NCBI RefSeq assembly: GCF_018350175.1
Contig: NC_058374.1
Location: 82,584,001 to 82,648,000 of the forward strand
Origin: Felis catus
Taxonomy: Eukaryota
DNA length: 64,000 nucleotides
Reading direction: 5' to 3'
Both the position numbers and the translations under genes were made by a program. Below the pieces are notes generated by a model. It saw nothing but the letters and a program-made list of their open reading frames with translations, did not search any database and was not told where the DNA came from. Positions 36,790 through 48,499 of the stretch are shown piece by piece (position 1 is the stretch's first letter; every line of letters starts with the position of its first letter).

Positions 36790-37520
36790 TAATTTTTAAA
36801 GTTTATTTTGAGAGAGCGAGTAGGAGGGCTGAGAGAAAATCCCAAGCAGGCTCCACACTGTCGGAGCAGAGCCCCTCAGCAGTACTGATCTCGTGAATCT
36901 TGAGATCATTACCTGAGCCTAGATCAAGAGAAATATGCTTAACTGACTGAGCCATCCAAGCACCCTGAGGGCCGTAAGTACGTTTTTTCCAGAGCTAAAA
37001 AAAGTGAAATGTTGCTGTATTAAAAAAACCATGAAAAAAGGATTGTCACGAAAAGCCTTACAGTCTCTTATTAAAGTAAGGTGAAGTCTATGGTAAACTG
37101 TTCTTTTTCATCCTTCCTAGCTCAAGTTTCCCGTAGCCAAATCTACAAGTATCTTTTCTGGGTGTTTCTGACCTGACCATACCATGAGACTGGGAAGATC
37201 AATCTTAACACCAAATATTCTCAGTCTAGAGAAGACAGTTGATCTTGCTTCCTGTATGTACATTGGTTTGATCTTAACTCCTAAGTAGAGGCAGAATCAC
37301 TGAAGTATTTTTCTTTTTTTAATGTTTATTTATTTATTTTTGAGAGAGAGACAGAGCATGAGCGGGGCCGGGGCAGAGAGAGGGAGACACGGAATCCAAA
37401 GCAGGCTCCAAGCTCTGAGCTGTCAGCACAGACCCGGTCGCGGACTCGAACTCACAGACTGAGAGATCATGACTTGAGCCGAAGTCGGACATTTACCCGA
37501 CTGAGCCACTCAGGCGCCCT
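36790..37520 (-). mobile_element. Two antisense SINECs between PA2G4 and RPL41
   Basis: ~36790-36965 and ~37310-37520 (flanking repeat ctgaagtattt). Confidence 0.85.
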
Positions 37521-38049
37521 GAAGTATTTTCTGAACAAGATGTACTGAGCCAGAAATCTTGTGGCATTCAGCCTCATGTATCGCGGGGGAAAGACTATAG
37601 CTGAGAAAGAAAAAGCGTTCATCTAAGTAACAAAGCTCTCTTCGTAGTATGACGGCTTTCTCAACTCCCCACTTACACGTTCTGGAATCTTAAGACCTTC
37701 GTAAGTTACGAGATAGAATCTCCCTGCAGCAATTTAAAAATAAACCGGTAAAACAAATTAGGAATTTTTGTATAGACCGCAGGTAACCATAGTAAAATGG
37801 AGGGTGCAGCCAGGAAACTCTAACTCCCATGAAGCAGCGAGAGGGAAAGCGGAAGTCGCTATCGTTTGCTTGTCTTCACCTCTCGGACCCACATTGGAAA
37901 TACGTGCTCACGCTGAAACAACACAATATCTTCATAATAAAACTGAGGGAAGGGGGATTTTGTAACTCAAATTCAAAATGTCTTCCCAGAGAACTCCTAA
38001 TTCAATCAATCTGCCACCTGAGACGAGCTGAATGCCATTATTACTCTTC

Positions 38050-38167
38050 TTAGGCAGCCCCGCCCCTGGAGGGAAAAGTGAGATAACGGAAATGACGACA
38101 CAGCTCCCTGTTAAATAGCTGTAGGCGGGCCTCTGGCGCTCTCTCCGCCTTAGCGCCATCTTCTTGG
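38050..38167 (+). promoter_or_regulatory. RPL41 core promoter and 5'TOP first exon
   Basis: GC box 38057-38065, ETS-like CGGAAAT near 38087, TATA-like TTAAATA 38111-38117, pyrimidine run CTCTCTCC from ~38139, YY1-like CGCCATCTT 38154-38162, donor at 38168. This layout is typical of ribosomal-protein genes. Confidence 0.8.
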
Positions 38168-38292
38168 GTGAGTGTTGGGGCTGTTTGTGTTTGTATTCCG
38201 TGCTCAATCCATTAACATCCGATCTCTGCACTTGCCATCATTACACGAAACTAACTGTAGCTTTTTTCTCTTTACCTAGAAACCTCTCCGCC

Positions 38293-39043
38293 ATGAGAGC
38301 TAAGGTAAGCAGTCCTTGGCAGTAAGCTGAGGCAGTAGAGATTAGTGATGGGGGGGGCGGGGGACAACTAGGCAAGGGAAGTCCGCCATGGTTCCCGAGC
38401 CGCTGGGTTCTCAAGGGTGCCCAAGAGCTAGCGGAAGAGGAAAGGCTAATTTGGGGAGAAGCAAAAGAGGTGGGTAAGTACTGTGGGCACAAAGGGCGGG
38501 AGTAGAAAAGCGCACGCGGGATTCATATCTATTTCGGCGGGTGAGGGTGGGAGTCCAAATTATTGCTGGATTTACTGTGACTATACCTACATAGTTGGTC
38601 AAGAACCTGCCAGGTTCTAAATAATGCCCTTCACATCTCTGCCCAGATCTCTTATTAAAACTAATCTCTTGTTTTATTCTCTGCCTCTGGCTGTGATGGG
38701 TTGCAGTGGAGGAAGAAGCGAATGCGCAGGTATGTTGAGACTTGACCGGCCAACACAGGAAGAGGGAAATGTAGCGTATCTTGGACAAAACTTGGAACGT
38801 TTGGTTTAGAAATCTGAAAGAACTTGAGGTGAAAATGTTATAAGCGTTGACTTGCATAGTCGGGGATTGAACGCAGGATAGTAGAACTGAAGTACTTGTC
38901 CGTTTTGACACCCCATGTATTAGATGCACATTTAAGATGGGAGGGAAAGACTGAACTCGGGTTTGTGGGCAGGAGATGTATTCCCGTGTCTGCTTTTCAG
39001 GCTGAAGCGTAAAAGAAGAAAGATGAGGCAGAGGTCCAAGTAA
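38293..39043 (+). CDS. RPL41: Ribosomal protein L41, 25 aa [25 protein letters not shown]
   Basis: Coding pieces 38293-38304 (12 nt), 38707-38729 (23 nt) and 39001-39043 (43 nt), with GT/AG introns, join to 78 nt giving the invariant RPL41 peptide. Non-coding exon 1 ends at 38167 (gtgag donor); exon 2 starts at 38280. Confidence 0.97.
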
Positions 39044-39312
39044 ACCGCTAGCTTGTGCACCCATGGAGCCACAGGAGCAGAAATAAGGAAAGCCAGAGGC
39101 CAGGGACGCTGGTACCAATTGTTGGACTGCATGCCTACTTTCTAGAGCTTGATTCAGTGGATCTAGAACATCCATCGCCATCTGATCGCAACGACCACCT
39201 TTGAGAGACTCGCCTTGTTCATATCAGAAGTCCCTTTTGGTCCGTTGCTCTGGACCTGTGACTTTCGGGACTAATTCTGTTTTCATGTGTGGCTGAATGT
39301 AACAACGTATAC

Positions 39313-39318
39313 AATAAA
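39313..39318 (+). terminator. RPL41 poly(A) signal AATAAA
   Basis: Hexamer ~270 nt after the stop, followed by GU/U-rich sequence. Confidence 0.8.
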
Positions 39319-39639
39319 TCTTCTCTTCTGCTGTCTTAGCTGAAGAAAAAAAATGGTTTTGTCTGTTACGTGGTTTTTATTGGCTGGGGATTCTCTGTCA
39401 GTGCAGTAGGGCCTCTTGAACACCCACGCTGTAGAGCGTCGAGCGCGCTACATAGGCTACAGCCCGGGGTGTGACTCCTGTTCCTGGCCGACATTTGGTC
39501 CCCAAGCCCTTGGAGTCGGTAGATACTGGGTGGCCCTTACTTCCCAGAAAGGGTGTAGTATAAGCGAGGGGATAGGTTTGAAGGTGGTTCGCGGCCAAGT
39601 TAGGGGCAAACGGCACTGCTGCCCTTACTCTTAACCTAA

Positions 39640-40110
39640 GTCTTAAGTTACTAAGTTCCGCTTTTGAGGCGCTACTGTGCTGTTGCGTCCGGTTGCTATG
39701 GTGACACCCAAAGCTTGCTGGGAACTTCCTGCGGCTAGTCACACTAGTACTTCGCACACCATAGAGTAGTTCCGGGTCTGGTGGCTAGAGCGTCATTTCT
39801 TCCGCAGGAAGCGGAAGNNNNNNNNNNNNNNNNNNNNNNNNNNNNNNNNNNNNNNNNNNNNNNNNNNNNNNNNNNNNNNNNNNNNNNNNNNNNNNNNNNN
39901 NNNNNNNNNNNNNNNNNNNNNNNNNNNNNNNNNNNNNNNNNNNNNNNNNNNNNNNNNNNNNNNNNCTCGGCTGGGCTACACAAGGCCCCCCAGGACCGAG
40001 CTGGTTCTTCCTCATGCCCCAGGGCCGAGCCCTTTTTCTGACTGACCCTGCTTCGCGAGCAAACGCCAGCTCCGTGACGTCACAGCCCTGCCCATCCCCG
40101 CAGCTTGATG
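39640..40110 (+). promoter_or_regulatory. ZC3H10 promoter; first exon probably inside gap 39818-39965
   Basis: CpG-rich; RFX X-box-like GTTGCTATGGTGAC 39692-39705; clustered ETS cores (TTCCG, CAGGAAG, CGGAAG) 39769-39817; full CRE TGACGTCA 40075-40082. Confidence 0.65.
39818..39965. other. Gap (148 N) at the probable ZC3H10 first exon
   Basis: N run directly after the ETS motif cluster. Confidence 0.9.
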
Positions 40111-40667
40111 TCACCTGGAGTCCCCCCTTTCCGCTTCACTTGTGCTCCCTTAGTGTCCTTTTCGCCTGGTCCACGGCTGAGCGCGGGTCGCACTGCACAG
40201 AACCTAGCAAGCTGGAAGACTTGCTGCATAAAACTCTTAGGACTTCTTTTCCAAACTCTGGGGTGTTGAGAAGCGTCATAATCACCGCCCCCAAGTCTAA
40301 TCAGCCATCCCATTGCCTTGTCAGTCGCTGCTCTTGCACGACTCCGCATTCGGAGTTAACTAACCTCAACCCTAGGCCGGGCTCTGATCCCCACATCTTC
40401 CTTCATCTTGAGGCAGAGTACCCCTCCCCCTTTGTTCACTCAGGGCTGGTTTTCCAACCCATCCTCCTAGGCTCCCAGATTAGTTCTATATTCTGACTTT
40501 TCTTGCCGACAATTCCCTTTGATGGGTGAAATTCAGTTTGAACTCAGAGGGAATCTTGGAAGTGCCCAGAGCTCTTGCCATTTAGTCAGACTTCTTTATT
40601 GTAACAAACATAGGCCTCTGTTCCTACCCTTCTCCCACCAAGACTCTGTTTGTTTTTTCCTGTTCAG

Positions 40668-40731
40668 AACCCAGCAGTGATGTGGAGGTGGAGACCCACA
40701 GGAGCCCCGGACTTCACCTGAGCTACCTCAG
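40668..40731 (+). other. Probable non-coding 5' UTR exon of ZC3H10 carrying a 13-codon uORF
   Basis: Preceded by ttttttcctgttcag and followed by a gtatct donor. ATG 40680 to TGA 40721 encodes MWRWRPTGAPDFT. Confidence 0.6.
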
Positions 40732-42224
40732 GTATCTAACAATCCTGGAAGAATTGGGTGGGGAGGAGTATCATAGCTGATTATCTGCCTCTGGTGGGAG
40801 TTGCAGCATGGTTCAAGCTTAGATAGATGGTATTTATTTTTCACTGGGTCATTTCCCTTTAAGTAAAAGTTTGTATCTTCTTTTTTACTACTCTTCTTTC
40901 TTGATTGTTTCTATTTGGGGACTACATGCCTTTGGAGGAAAAGGATCCTTCTCCTTTTACAGATTCTTCTGTAACTCTGGTCTCTTATCTGGTTGGTTCA
41001 TTTTAGGGACCTCTGAAGGCAAAGTCAAGCCAGTAGGGAAGGTGCTTGGGGGGAAATGAAGACCAAAGAAACCAGGAAAGATTTCCTTATACTCCAGGGG
41101 AAGCAATATGAAGTTTTCCTATATGAACAGCAGGGGGAGCCTGGTCACTGCTTAGGAAAGGCTTATGAGGTCAAACACGTGGTGGCAGGGACTCCCAGTC
41201 TTCTTGGGGGTGGGGAGAAGGGAGGGCTAGAACCAGGGCAGTGGACTGACATTCCAGAGCTCTCTTGGGAAAGAGGAGACTTAAAAAGCTTTTATAGAGC
41301 CTATAAATAAAGAGGATCTTTATGGGGTGAGGAATGGTGTGGTTTGATGTCAGTGGTATCTTCTAATGGGGAATAGGAGGGGGCTGTAGAATGGGAAAAG
41401 AAAGGTCACTTGTTCCTGTGAAATTAACTCCTTCCTCCCACCTTGACCTTACTACAAATGGTTTTGTCCTTTGGGGGTGTATAAGTGGAGATCCCAGCTG
41501 TAGAACTACCCCCTTCTCCCCGAAATGGAGTGGAGGGAGCTGACCACACTGGTGTTGACAGCAGAGGTGAGCGGGGAGAGAATACTAAAAAATGATAGGT
41601 TTAGGAACTGCCATCAAGCTGGTAACACCAGTCTCTTCATTTAGGATTTCCTGGGGTCTAGAGTGCCCTCACCTGAGATCCCACGGAAGAGGGGGTAAGG
41701 GAAGTTTTGTCTGCAGTGTCCCGTTATCCACAGCCCTAGTAAGCTCACCAGCCCATCTTGGCCACTTCCCAATCTCCTCCTAATCTACTGAGACACTGAG
41801 ACAGCAGTTTTAATTTCACTTTCTCAACTTTAATAAGGTCAGCTCAGAAGGGGAAATAAAACCCAACACTGTTTTCTCCTTGCCCCCTCCTTGGCCTGTC
41901 ATCATTAGTGAGATGAAGTGGCTTCACCCCAGGTCCCTCCTCCATTAGTCAGGCTAGTGTGAATCATTCTGACCCAACCAGGTGCACGAGGGCCTGGGAG
42001 GGACTTCTGACAAGCCAGCCAGTCCAGCCAGAATTCTCATCCCTTAGATTTTCCATCTCCAAAGCCATGCCTGTCTGGCCTGCCTCTTGCTGGACTGCCT
42101 GCTCTGTAGCTGGGAAGAGTGTGGCCTCTCTGGAAGACACCTGTTTGACACAGTTCTTCTCTTTCCTAGCGGTCACCAAGGGTGGCAAGAAAAGGAAGAA
42201 AGCCCTGAGTTGGGGGGGACCAGA

Positions 42225-43532
42225 ATGCCTGACCGGGACAGCTATGCCAACGGCACCGGGAACAGCGGTGGAGGCCCTGGAGGAGGTGGCAGCGAGGAGA
42301 CCAGTGGGGCAGGGGCAGGCAGTGGCGGGGCCAGCTCAGATGCCATCTGTAGAGACTTCTTAAGGAATGTATGCAAGCGAGGCAAGCGTTGCCGCTATCG
42401 TCATCCAGACATGAGTGAGGTATCCAACTTGGGAGTGAGCAAAAATGAGTTCATCTTCTGCCATGACTTCCAGAACAAGGAGTGTAGCCGCCCAAACTGC
42501 CGATTCATCCATGGCTCCAAGGAGGATGAGGATGGTTATAAGAAGACAGGAGAGCTTCCCCCTCGGCTGAGGCAGAAAGTGGCAGCCGGCCTGGGCCTTT
42601 CACCAGCTGACTTGCCGAATGGCAAAGAGGAGGTCCCTATCTGCCGTGACTTTCTCAAGGGTGACTGCCAGAGAGGAGCCAAGTGCAAGTTTCGCCACCT
42701 GCAGCGGGATTTTGAGTTTGATGCTCGAGGTGGAGGAGGCAGTGGTGGTGGTGGTGCAACAGGCCCAGTCCCCCCAGGACGACGTCATGACCTCTATGAT
42801 ATCTATGACCTCCCTGACAGGGGCTTTGAGGACCATGAACCAGGCCCCAAGCGCCGGCGAGGTGGATGCTGCCCCCCGGATGGCCCCCATTTTGAATCCT
42901 ATGAATATAGCTTGGCTCCACCTCGAGGGGTGGAGTGCAGACTGCTGGAGGAGGAGAATGCCATGCTCAGGAAGCGGGTGGAGGAGCTTAAGAAGCAGGT
43001 CAGCAACCTGCTGGCCACCAATGAGGTACTGCTGGAACAAAATGCCCAGTTCCGCAATCAGGCCAAGGTCATGACCCTGAGCTCTACTGCACCAGCAACT
43101 GAGCAGACTCTGGCCCCCACTGTGGGCACTGTTGCCACTTTTAACCATGGCATTGCCCAGACTCACACTACTCTCAGCAGCCAGGCTCTACAGCCTCGCC
43201 CTGTATCCCAGCAAGAACTGGTGGCCCCCACTGGAGCTCCAGCTGCTCCCCCAACTAATGCTGCACCTCCTGCTGCTCCACCACCCCCACCCCCACACTT
43301 GAACCCAGAGATCACGCCATTGTNNNNNNNNNNNNNNNNNNNNNNNNNNNNNNNNNNNNNNNNNNNNNNNNNNNNNNNNNNNNNNNNNNNNNNNNNNNNN
43401 NNNNNNNNNNNNNNNNNNNNNNNNNNNNNNNNNNNNNNNNNNNNNNNNNNNNNNNNNNNNNNNNNNNNNNNNNNNNNNNNNNNNNNNNNNNNNNNNNNNN
43501 NNNGCATGCGTATCACAGCCATGCCACACTGA
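42225..43532 (+). CDS. ZC3H10: Zinc finger CCCH domain-containing protein 10, single coding exon, ~435 aa (180 nt gapped)
   Basis: Starts MPDRDSYANG at ATG 42225. Three C-x7-C-x4/5-C-x3-H fingers (CRDFLRNVC, CHDFQNKEC, CRDFLKGDC), a coiled coil (LEEENAMLRKRVEELKKQ), Pro-rich tail ending MRITAMPH*. Acceptor AG ends at 42169. Confidence 0.96.
   Translation: MPDRDSYANGTGNSGGGPGGGGSEETSGAGAGSGGASSDAICRDFLRNVCKRGKRCRYRHPDMSEVSNLGVSKNEFIFCHDFQNKECSRPNCRFIHGSKEDEDGYKKTGELPPRLRQKVAAGLGLSPADLPNGKEEVPICRDFLKGDCQRGAKCKFRHLQRDFEFDARGGGGSGGGGATGPVPPGRRHDLYDIYDLPDRGFEDHEPGPKRRRGGCCPPDGPHFESYEYSLAPPRGVECRLLEEENAMLRKRVEELKKQVSNLLATNEVLLEQNAQFRNQAKVMTLSSTAPATEQTLAPTVGTVATFNHGIAQTHTTLSSQALQPRPVSQQELVAPTGAPAAPPTNAAPPAAPPPPPPHLNPEITPLXXXXXXXXXXXXXXXXXXXXXXXXXXXXXXXXXXXXXXXXXXXXXXXXXXXXXXXXXXXXXMRITAMPH
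43324..43503. other. Gap (180 N) inside the ZC3H10 CDS, frame-preserving
   Basis: N run. Confidence 1.
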
Positions 43533-44154
43533 TGGGGCTAATGGACACTCCCCTGGTATAGCCTCCCAGGGCTGGGGTCGAGGGGCCCTTACCCACTCGC
43601 CTAGCCCTCCCAGGCCCTGTCTGAAGGGCTCACTCAAGAACTAGGACAAGAGACTACAAGGAGTTTGCTTCTGAGAAAGGGTTGGGCTGGTCTGTTTTCT
43701 CTCACCTCCCTTTTATGAGGGTCCTCTTGTCCATCTTCCTTCAAGCCTCACAGAGGGGGCTTTCATAGGAGTGCAGACTGAAGCCAACAGAGAGGAAGGA
43801 CTGACTGAGGGGCCGTATGTACCCTGATGGGAAGATAGGGACATCCCTTGTCGTGTCCTCTCTTCTGCATAGCACAGGTTCCAGCACTGGCTTTGGAAGA
43901 AAAAAAAACAAAAACAAAAAAACCCTGCCCAGAGGGAAAGCCAGGAGAGATTGGGAAGTGGGTGGCCAGGAGAGAAGGCCTAATAGGAGCCTTCAGACAA
44001 TTGGGGGCCTAGTTGAGTTGGAGAATACAGGAAACTGTTCCTGGGCCCAAGGGAAGGTGGGGACCATAGTACTCCAGTCCAAAGACTAGGGGAGCATTCA
44101 TTACCTTGGCTTGGCTTGGAAATCCATAGGGCAGGGCCCACCACTTTCCAAAGA

Positions 44155-44160
44155 AATAAA
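44155..44160 (+). terminator. Candidate ZC3H10 proximal poly(A) signal
   Basis: First AATAAA I found after the stop codon. Confidence 0.5.
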
Positions 44161-45249
44161 AAAAGAATTATTTTTAACAAATGGAGGCAGTGAAAACTTG
44201 CTTAGATAAACTGTGTGGAAGATGAGAGCAGTAAATATATCTCATGCCAAAATGGGATAAAGACCCCACCCTCACACAGCTTGGATAAGGTTGGGCAGAG
44301 GCCAGGTGAAGGGTAGGGACCCAGAGCAAAATTAAACGGCACTTTGTGGGGTAAAAGCATTGGAGCCACCTAGTCTAGTTTAAAAATAGTCCCATCTGTT
44401 GCTGGTTTCTATCTGCATGATACTATTCCCAGGATACCTTAGTAACCAGGGCTCCTGGGGTCATTTAGGGGGGCAGGTACTAAGGAGGGGTGGATGTGCT
44501 GGGAAATGGGAATGGGATATGTATTGACAGATCCCTTATTCAAACAGCAGGGCAGGTGGCAGTTGCTCTCTGAGTGGTTGATGACAGTTAATGCCCCTCT
44601 TACCCCATCCCTTCCTCAGTTACCAATGCCTTAAGCCTTCAAGGCTTGGGAGGTGCTGGGAAAAGGAAAGTTCTCCTGGGGACACAAACCTCAGGGTTCA
44701 TCTCTTCCCTTTGCCTCCATATAGAACCACAGAGGTTTTAAATCCAATTAAGAGTCCATAAGGCCAGGGACCCCAGTAGCCAAACCTCAGTTCCTCCTCA
44801 GCTCGTAGTTGATGTAGGGGAAACAACTCAGGTATCTACTCTGATGAGACAGTGGATTTGGGATACAGAAAATGGTTCTGAGTTGTGCTTCCCCCATCAT
44901 ATCTGCTGCTACCTCTTGTTTTGTCTGGTTGATCACTCAGGTTACACCTGGGTTGGAGATGGTGTGCTCGGTCAAGGCTGGTCATAAAAAAAAAGAAAAG
45001 GCCTAAAGACTAGAAGTGGTCAAATACTGAAATATTGTGTGTGGACTCTAGAAACCACACATTGATAAGCTTAATGTTGATTTTTCTGGCACAGTTCTGG
45101 ATTATTAAAAGAGATGGTTTATGAGTAGAGACAAATGTGATGATAGATACCAACATGAGTTCATCCCAGCCAAATCCTGACTATTTTCTTTTTGCCAAGT
45201 ATCTCTAAAGAGGTTGATTTGGGAAACTGTAATCATTGTATCTTCTTGA

Positions 45250-45810
45250 TTAACATATGCCAGCCAAAGACTGCCAGGAATACACCTGTAGTCAAACAAA
45301 TTGGGTTTAATGCTCACTGCAGTTATGGAGAGTGTGCCATGGGACCCATGCCTAGCAAAGGGACATTAGAAAGGACTTTTAGGACTTAGGACTCTGGTTA
45401 AGTGATTTGGGGGAAGGTTCAAGGAAGTGGGGCTTGGTTCCACTGGGTGCTGTCAGGGAAGCAGGGATACTTCTGTGATTGGGTATCTTAACTAGGAAAA
45501 GAGCAGACTAGAGTGAAGCTGAAATTGGTAATAAAGCAGCAGTCACCCATTAGTTGGGAGAAGGGGATGTTTGCTATTTCATGACTTGCACACTGATCTT
45601 GTTTTGTGTTTAAACAAAATTGTGAAGTGTGATCTTGGTTTTTTTTGCCTCACTTCATCACAGTCACTGAGTGCCATTGTGTGATGTTGGTGTTTCATGA
45701 GATTGTGTCCAGTAGGAAAACATCATTTCCTAGCTGTGAGCCCAGGTCAGCCCTTAACAACCCGAAGCCCAGCACTGCCAGGCCTGTCCCCAGGTGGCAG
45801 GGCTGCTTTG
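45250..45810. mobile_element. Possible ancient LTR remnant
   Basis: Resembles old ERV LTR sequence; family not identified. Confidence 0.3.
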
Positions 45811-46564
45811 CTCTTCCTCATCTGCTAAGTCATTGCAGATAAGAGAATAATTATGGGTCAGTTAATGGTAGAGTTTGGCGGAGTCAAAACTCAACATCTT
45901 TGTGTAGTAAATGTTGATTAGCGCATTTTGTTAGAGAAACTTCTGGTCTCTAGTGATACACTCAAGGGCTATGTTTTATTTAAAAAATTTATATAAAAAT
46001 ATGAAAAGCCCTGTTACCAACATTAACACACGGAAATACCAAGTAAACCTGAAAGTGCTGTAACTTGGATTGACTGAATTAATCCAAGAGGTCAGTTTGG
46101 ATCAATTTGGATTGACCCTCTCCCTAAAAAATTGCTTGAGCCTGTCTGAGAAAGAACTGCAGAGAACTACGTTAGCAATAATTCACATGAAAACAACACA
46201 GGACTTCAATTGGTTACAAAAAAATTAAACTCTTAGTCCTATAGTATGTCAATCCATAAATACTAAGAGCCTGCTATGTTCTAAGCACCTTCTGAGGAGC
46301 TCCAAAAGGGTAAGAGAACCATAGTAATACATTGTAAATATAACAGTTCTACCACGTCTTTTTGAGTGAAACCACTCTTAAGGGATTCTGTGTTCTAAGT
46401 GTAATTTTCAAAGAGGCCCATTGATAAATCAGTGGGGATAGCAGGAAAAAAAAACCTGACGAGACTGAGGGGAAACCTAATAGATGTCTTCAAATATTTG
46501 AAGGGCTCTCCAATGGAGAAAAGGTCCTGTCTTGCTGCATAGGAAATAAATAGGGAGTTCTAGA

Positions 46565-46770
46565 ATAATAGCTAACATTTACTGAGTACTTAATAATATA
46601 AGCCAAGGCACTGTGCTAGGCACTTTACATGCAATTTCTCTTTGACACAATGGGTTCTGTTATACAACCCAGTTTGCAGAGGAGAAAGGCTTAATGAGAG
46701 TAAGCTGCCCAGGGTTCTGCAACTACTAAGGAATGGAGCCAGGCATTCAGGCAGTCAGACTCCAGACTTG
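46565..46770 (-). mobile_element. MIR remnant
   Basis: aatagctaacatttactgagtact...ggcactgtgctaggcactttacatgc...gagccaggcattc. Confidence 0.65.
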
Positions 46771-47036
46771 GCATAAAAAGTTATAATGATAGACCTACTT
46801 TGCAGTAACTTTTGAGGAATAATAGAGGATATTACCTCAAATCCTGTTGCCCCTTCCATCTTGGAGAGGGGGCAAGGACTAGGTTACCACATCTAATCCT
46901 CTCCCTCCCTGAGGATGTTAATGAAGTTTACATATTAAATGCAGATTGCAAATCCAGGAAGTTTGGGTATTCTCACTTAGACACTTCCTCGAACAAATGG
47001 CCATGCTTTCTCCTGTTACAGATTTACTGCTTATCA

Positions 47037-47050
47037 CCACCAGGTGGCAC
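47037..47050 (+). promoter_or_regulatory. Candidate CTCF site
   Basis: CCACCAGGTGGCAC closely matches the CTCF core consensus and lies between ZC3H10 and ESYT1. Confidence 0.45.
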
Positions 47051-48499
47051 CTGGACTGCAGAATTGTCTACTGGCAGGGACCCACCCTGTTTACTTGTTC
47101 TGGTGCCTGCATTGCAGCTGCAGATCCTATGCCTCCTGGGCCTCAGCTGGGAAGAGACCTTCCTGAGGATTAGCTTTCATCTTCCACAGACTGTCTTTGG
47201 TAGAAGGGTCTGATGATCTAGATGGGGTGAGAAAGCAGAGAAGCTTGGAAAGAAACTCCATAGGTCACCCTCTCACCCCCCAGCCTAAGTGACCTGCTCC
47301 TCCTACTCTAGTGCTTGGCAAAATTCAGTTTACAGAGAGATTTCCCTCCAAGGAGGCGCATCCATTTTCCTGCTGTATTCTGCGTAGTGAGCAGGTCACT
47401 CTTACCTCTTCCAGATTCCATGAGCTCCTTCCTACCTGCTTACCTCTGAGAACACGGAAGATGTAAAAGGCAGAAAGTTGTTTCTTACACAGTTCTGCAC
47501 ACTGAATGAAGCACTCTAGATACTGTTTAGCCTCAGGGAAGTAGAGAAGGGGAAGTCAGAAAATTTAAGGGGGTAAGGTTGAGCAGAAATAGGTTTTAAA
47601 CAGTGTTGATGAAACAGTCTGATAGAATCTATGCCCTGCAGAGCCAGATAATATTTATCTGCTGCAGATCTAGTCTCTCCCCACCAATCAACCCTGCTTT
47701 TCCTGTTGCTTCAAACAATAACACAACAAGCTCCACACATACTGCATTAAAAGATAATCATTTTATGACCAATTCTTCCCTCCTGAGCTTCCAATTAGTC
47801 TAGTTTCTAAGTCCAGTTAACTAGTAACAGTAGTCATCATCAATGTACCCTGCGCTTTTCCCTTCCTACACGTACACTATACAACATGGAATTGCATTAG
47901 TTCTACATGTGACTGTATTCCGAACTTTCCTTCCAACTCAGGCAAATAAGAAACAGAATTGTCTCATTACTCTTCATTTCAGTTCCTCAGGATCAGGGAA
48001 ATCATGGGAAATGTAATCAATTCCACTGCAGCTGAGGCATCTCCCCTCCCCACTCCCGCCCCCACCGTTTGGGAGCCAGTTTAATTTGCCCTCTATGATA
48101 AAGATAACTAACTAAATCTTGGAGATTACTAATAAGAAATAAAGCCTCACTTCCTATTCACACCGTTTTCTCTCTGTCTCTCTCTCTCTCTTCCCTGAAG
48201 GCTGGAGAATCCTAACTCTAATTCTCGTATTCTCCAGTTTTTTCTGTAGCGTCTGTCGTTACACTGCACAAAGTAGAGGGCTGAAGACCGCATAGACAGA
48301 ACCTTTCATTCCACATGGGGTGTTTTGTAAGGACAGCCACGGAAACCCCGAAGAATAAGAAACGTGCTTAGAATATAAAAACTAGGGAAAGCTGACAAAC
48401 GAACATGTAGGAATTCCAGACAAATCCTGCCAACCCGTCCGAATGGAGTGGAAGTAAATCCTCATCCTCCACAACCCCTCAACCCCAAGTCCCTCTAAA

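Noticed and set aside
38168-39000. Intronic snoRNAs in RPL41 or PA2G4
   Set aside because: No convincing C/D or H/ACA box arrangement by eye; an Infernal/Rfam scan would settle it.
38411-39181. 256-aa ORF antisense to RPL41
   Set aside because: Long for this base composition, but it crosses introns and exons of a known gene, has no recognisable domain and no promoter or poly(A) support. Cross-species frame conservation would be needed to revive it.
42087-42224. 46-aa N-terminal extension of ZC3H10 in the ORF track
   Set aside because: Begins at a TTG inside the intron, upstream of the acceptor at 42169; the ATG at 42225 gives the known N-terminus.
42600-43166. Antisense 188-aa and alternative-frame 151-aa ORFs over ZC3H10
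   Set aside because: Typical shadow ORFs of a GC-rich coding exon; weak start context and no motif.
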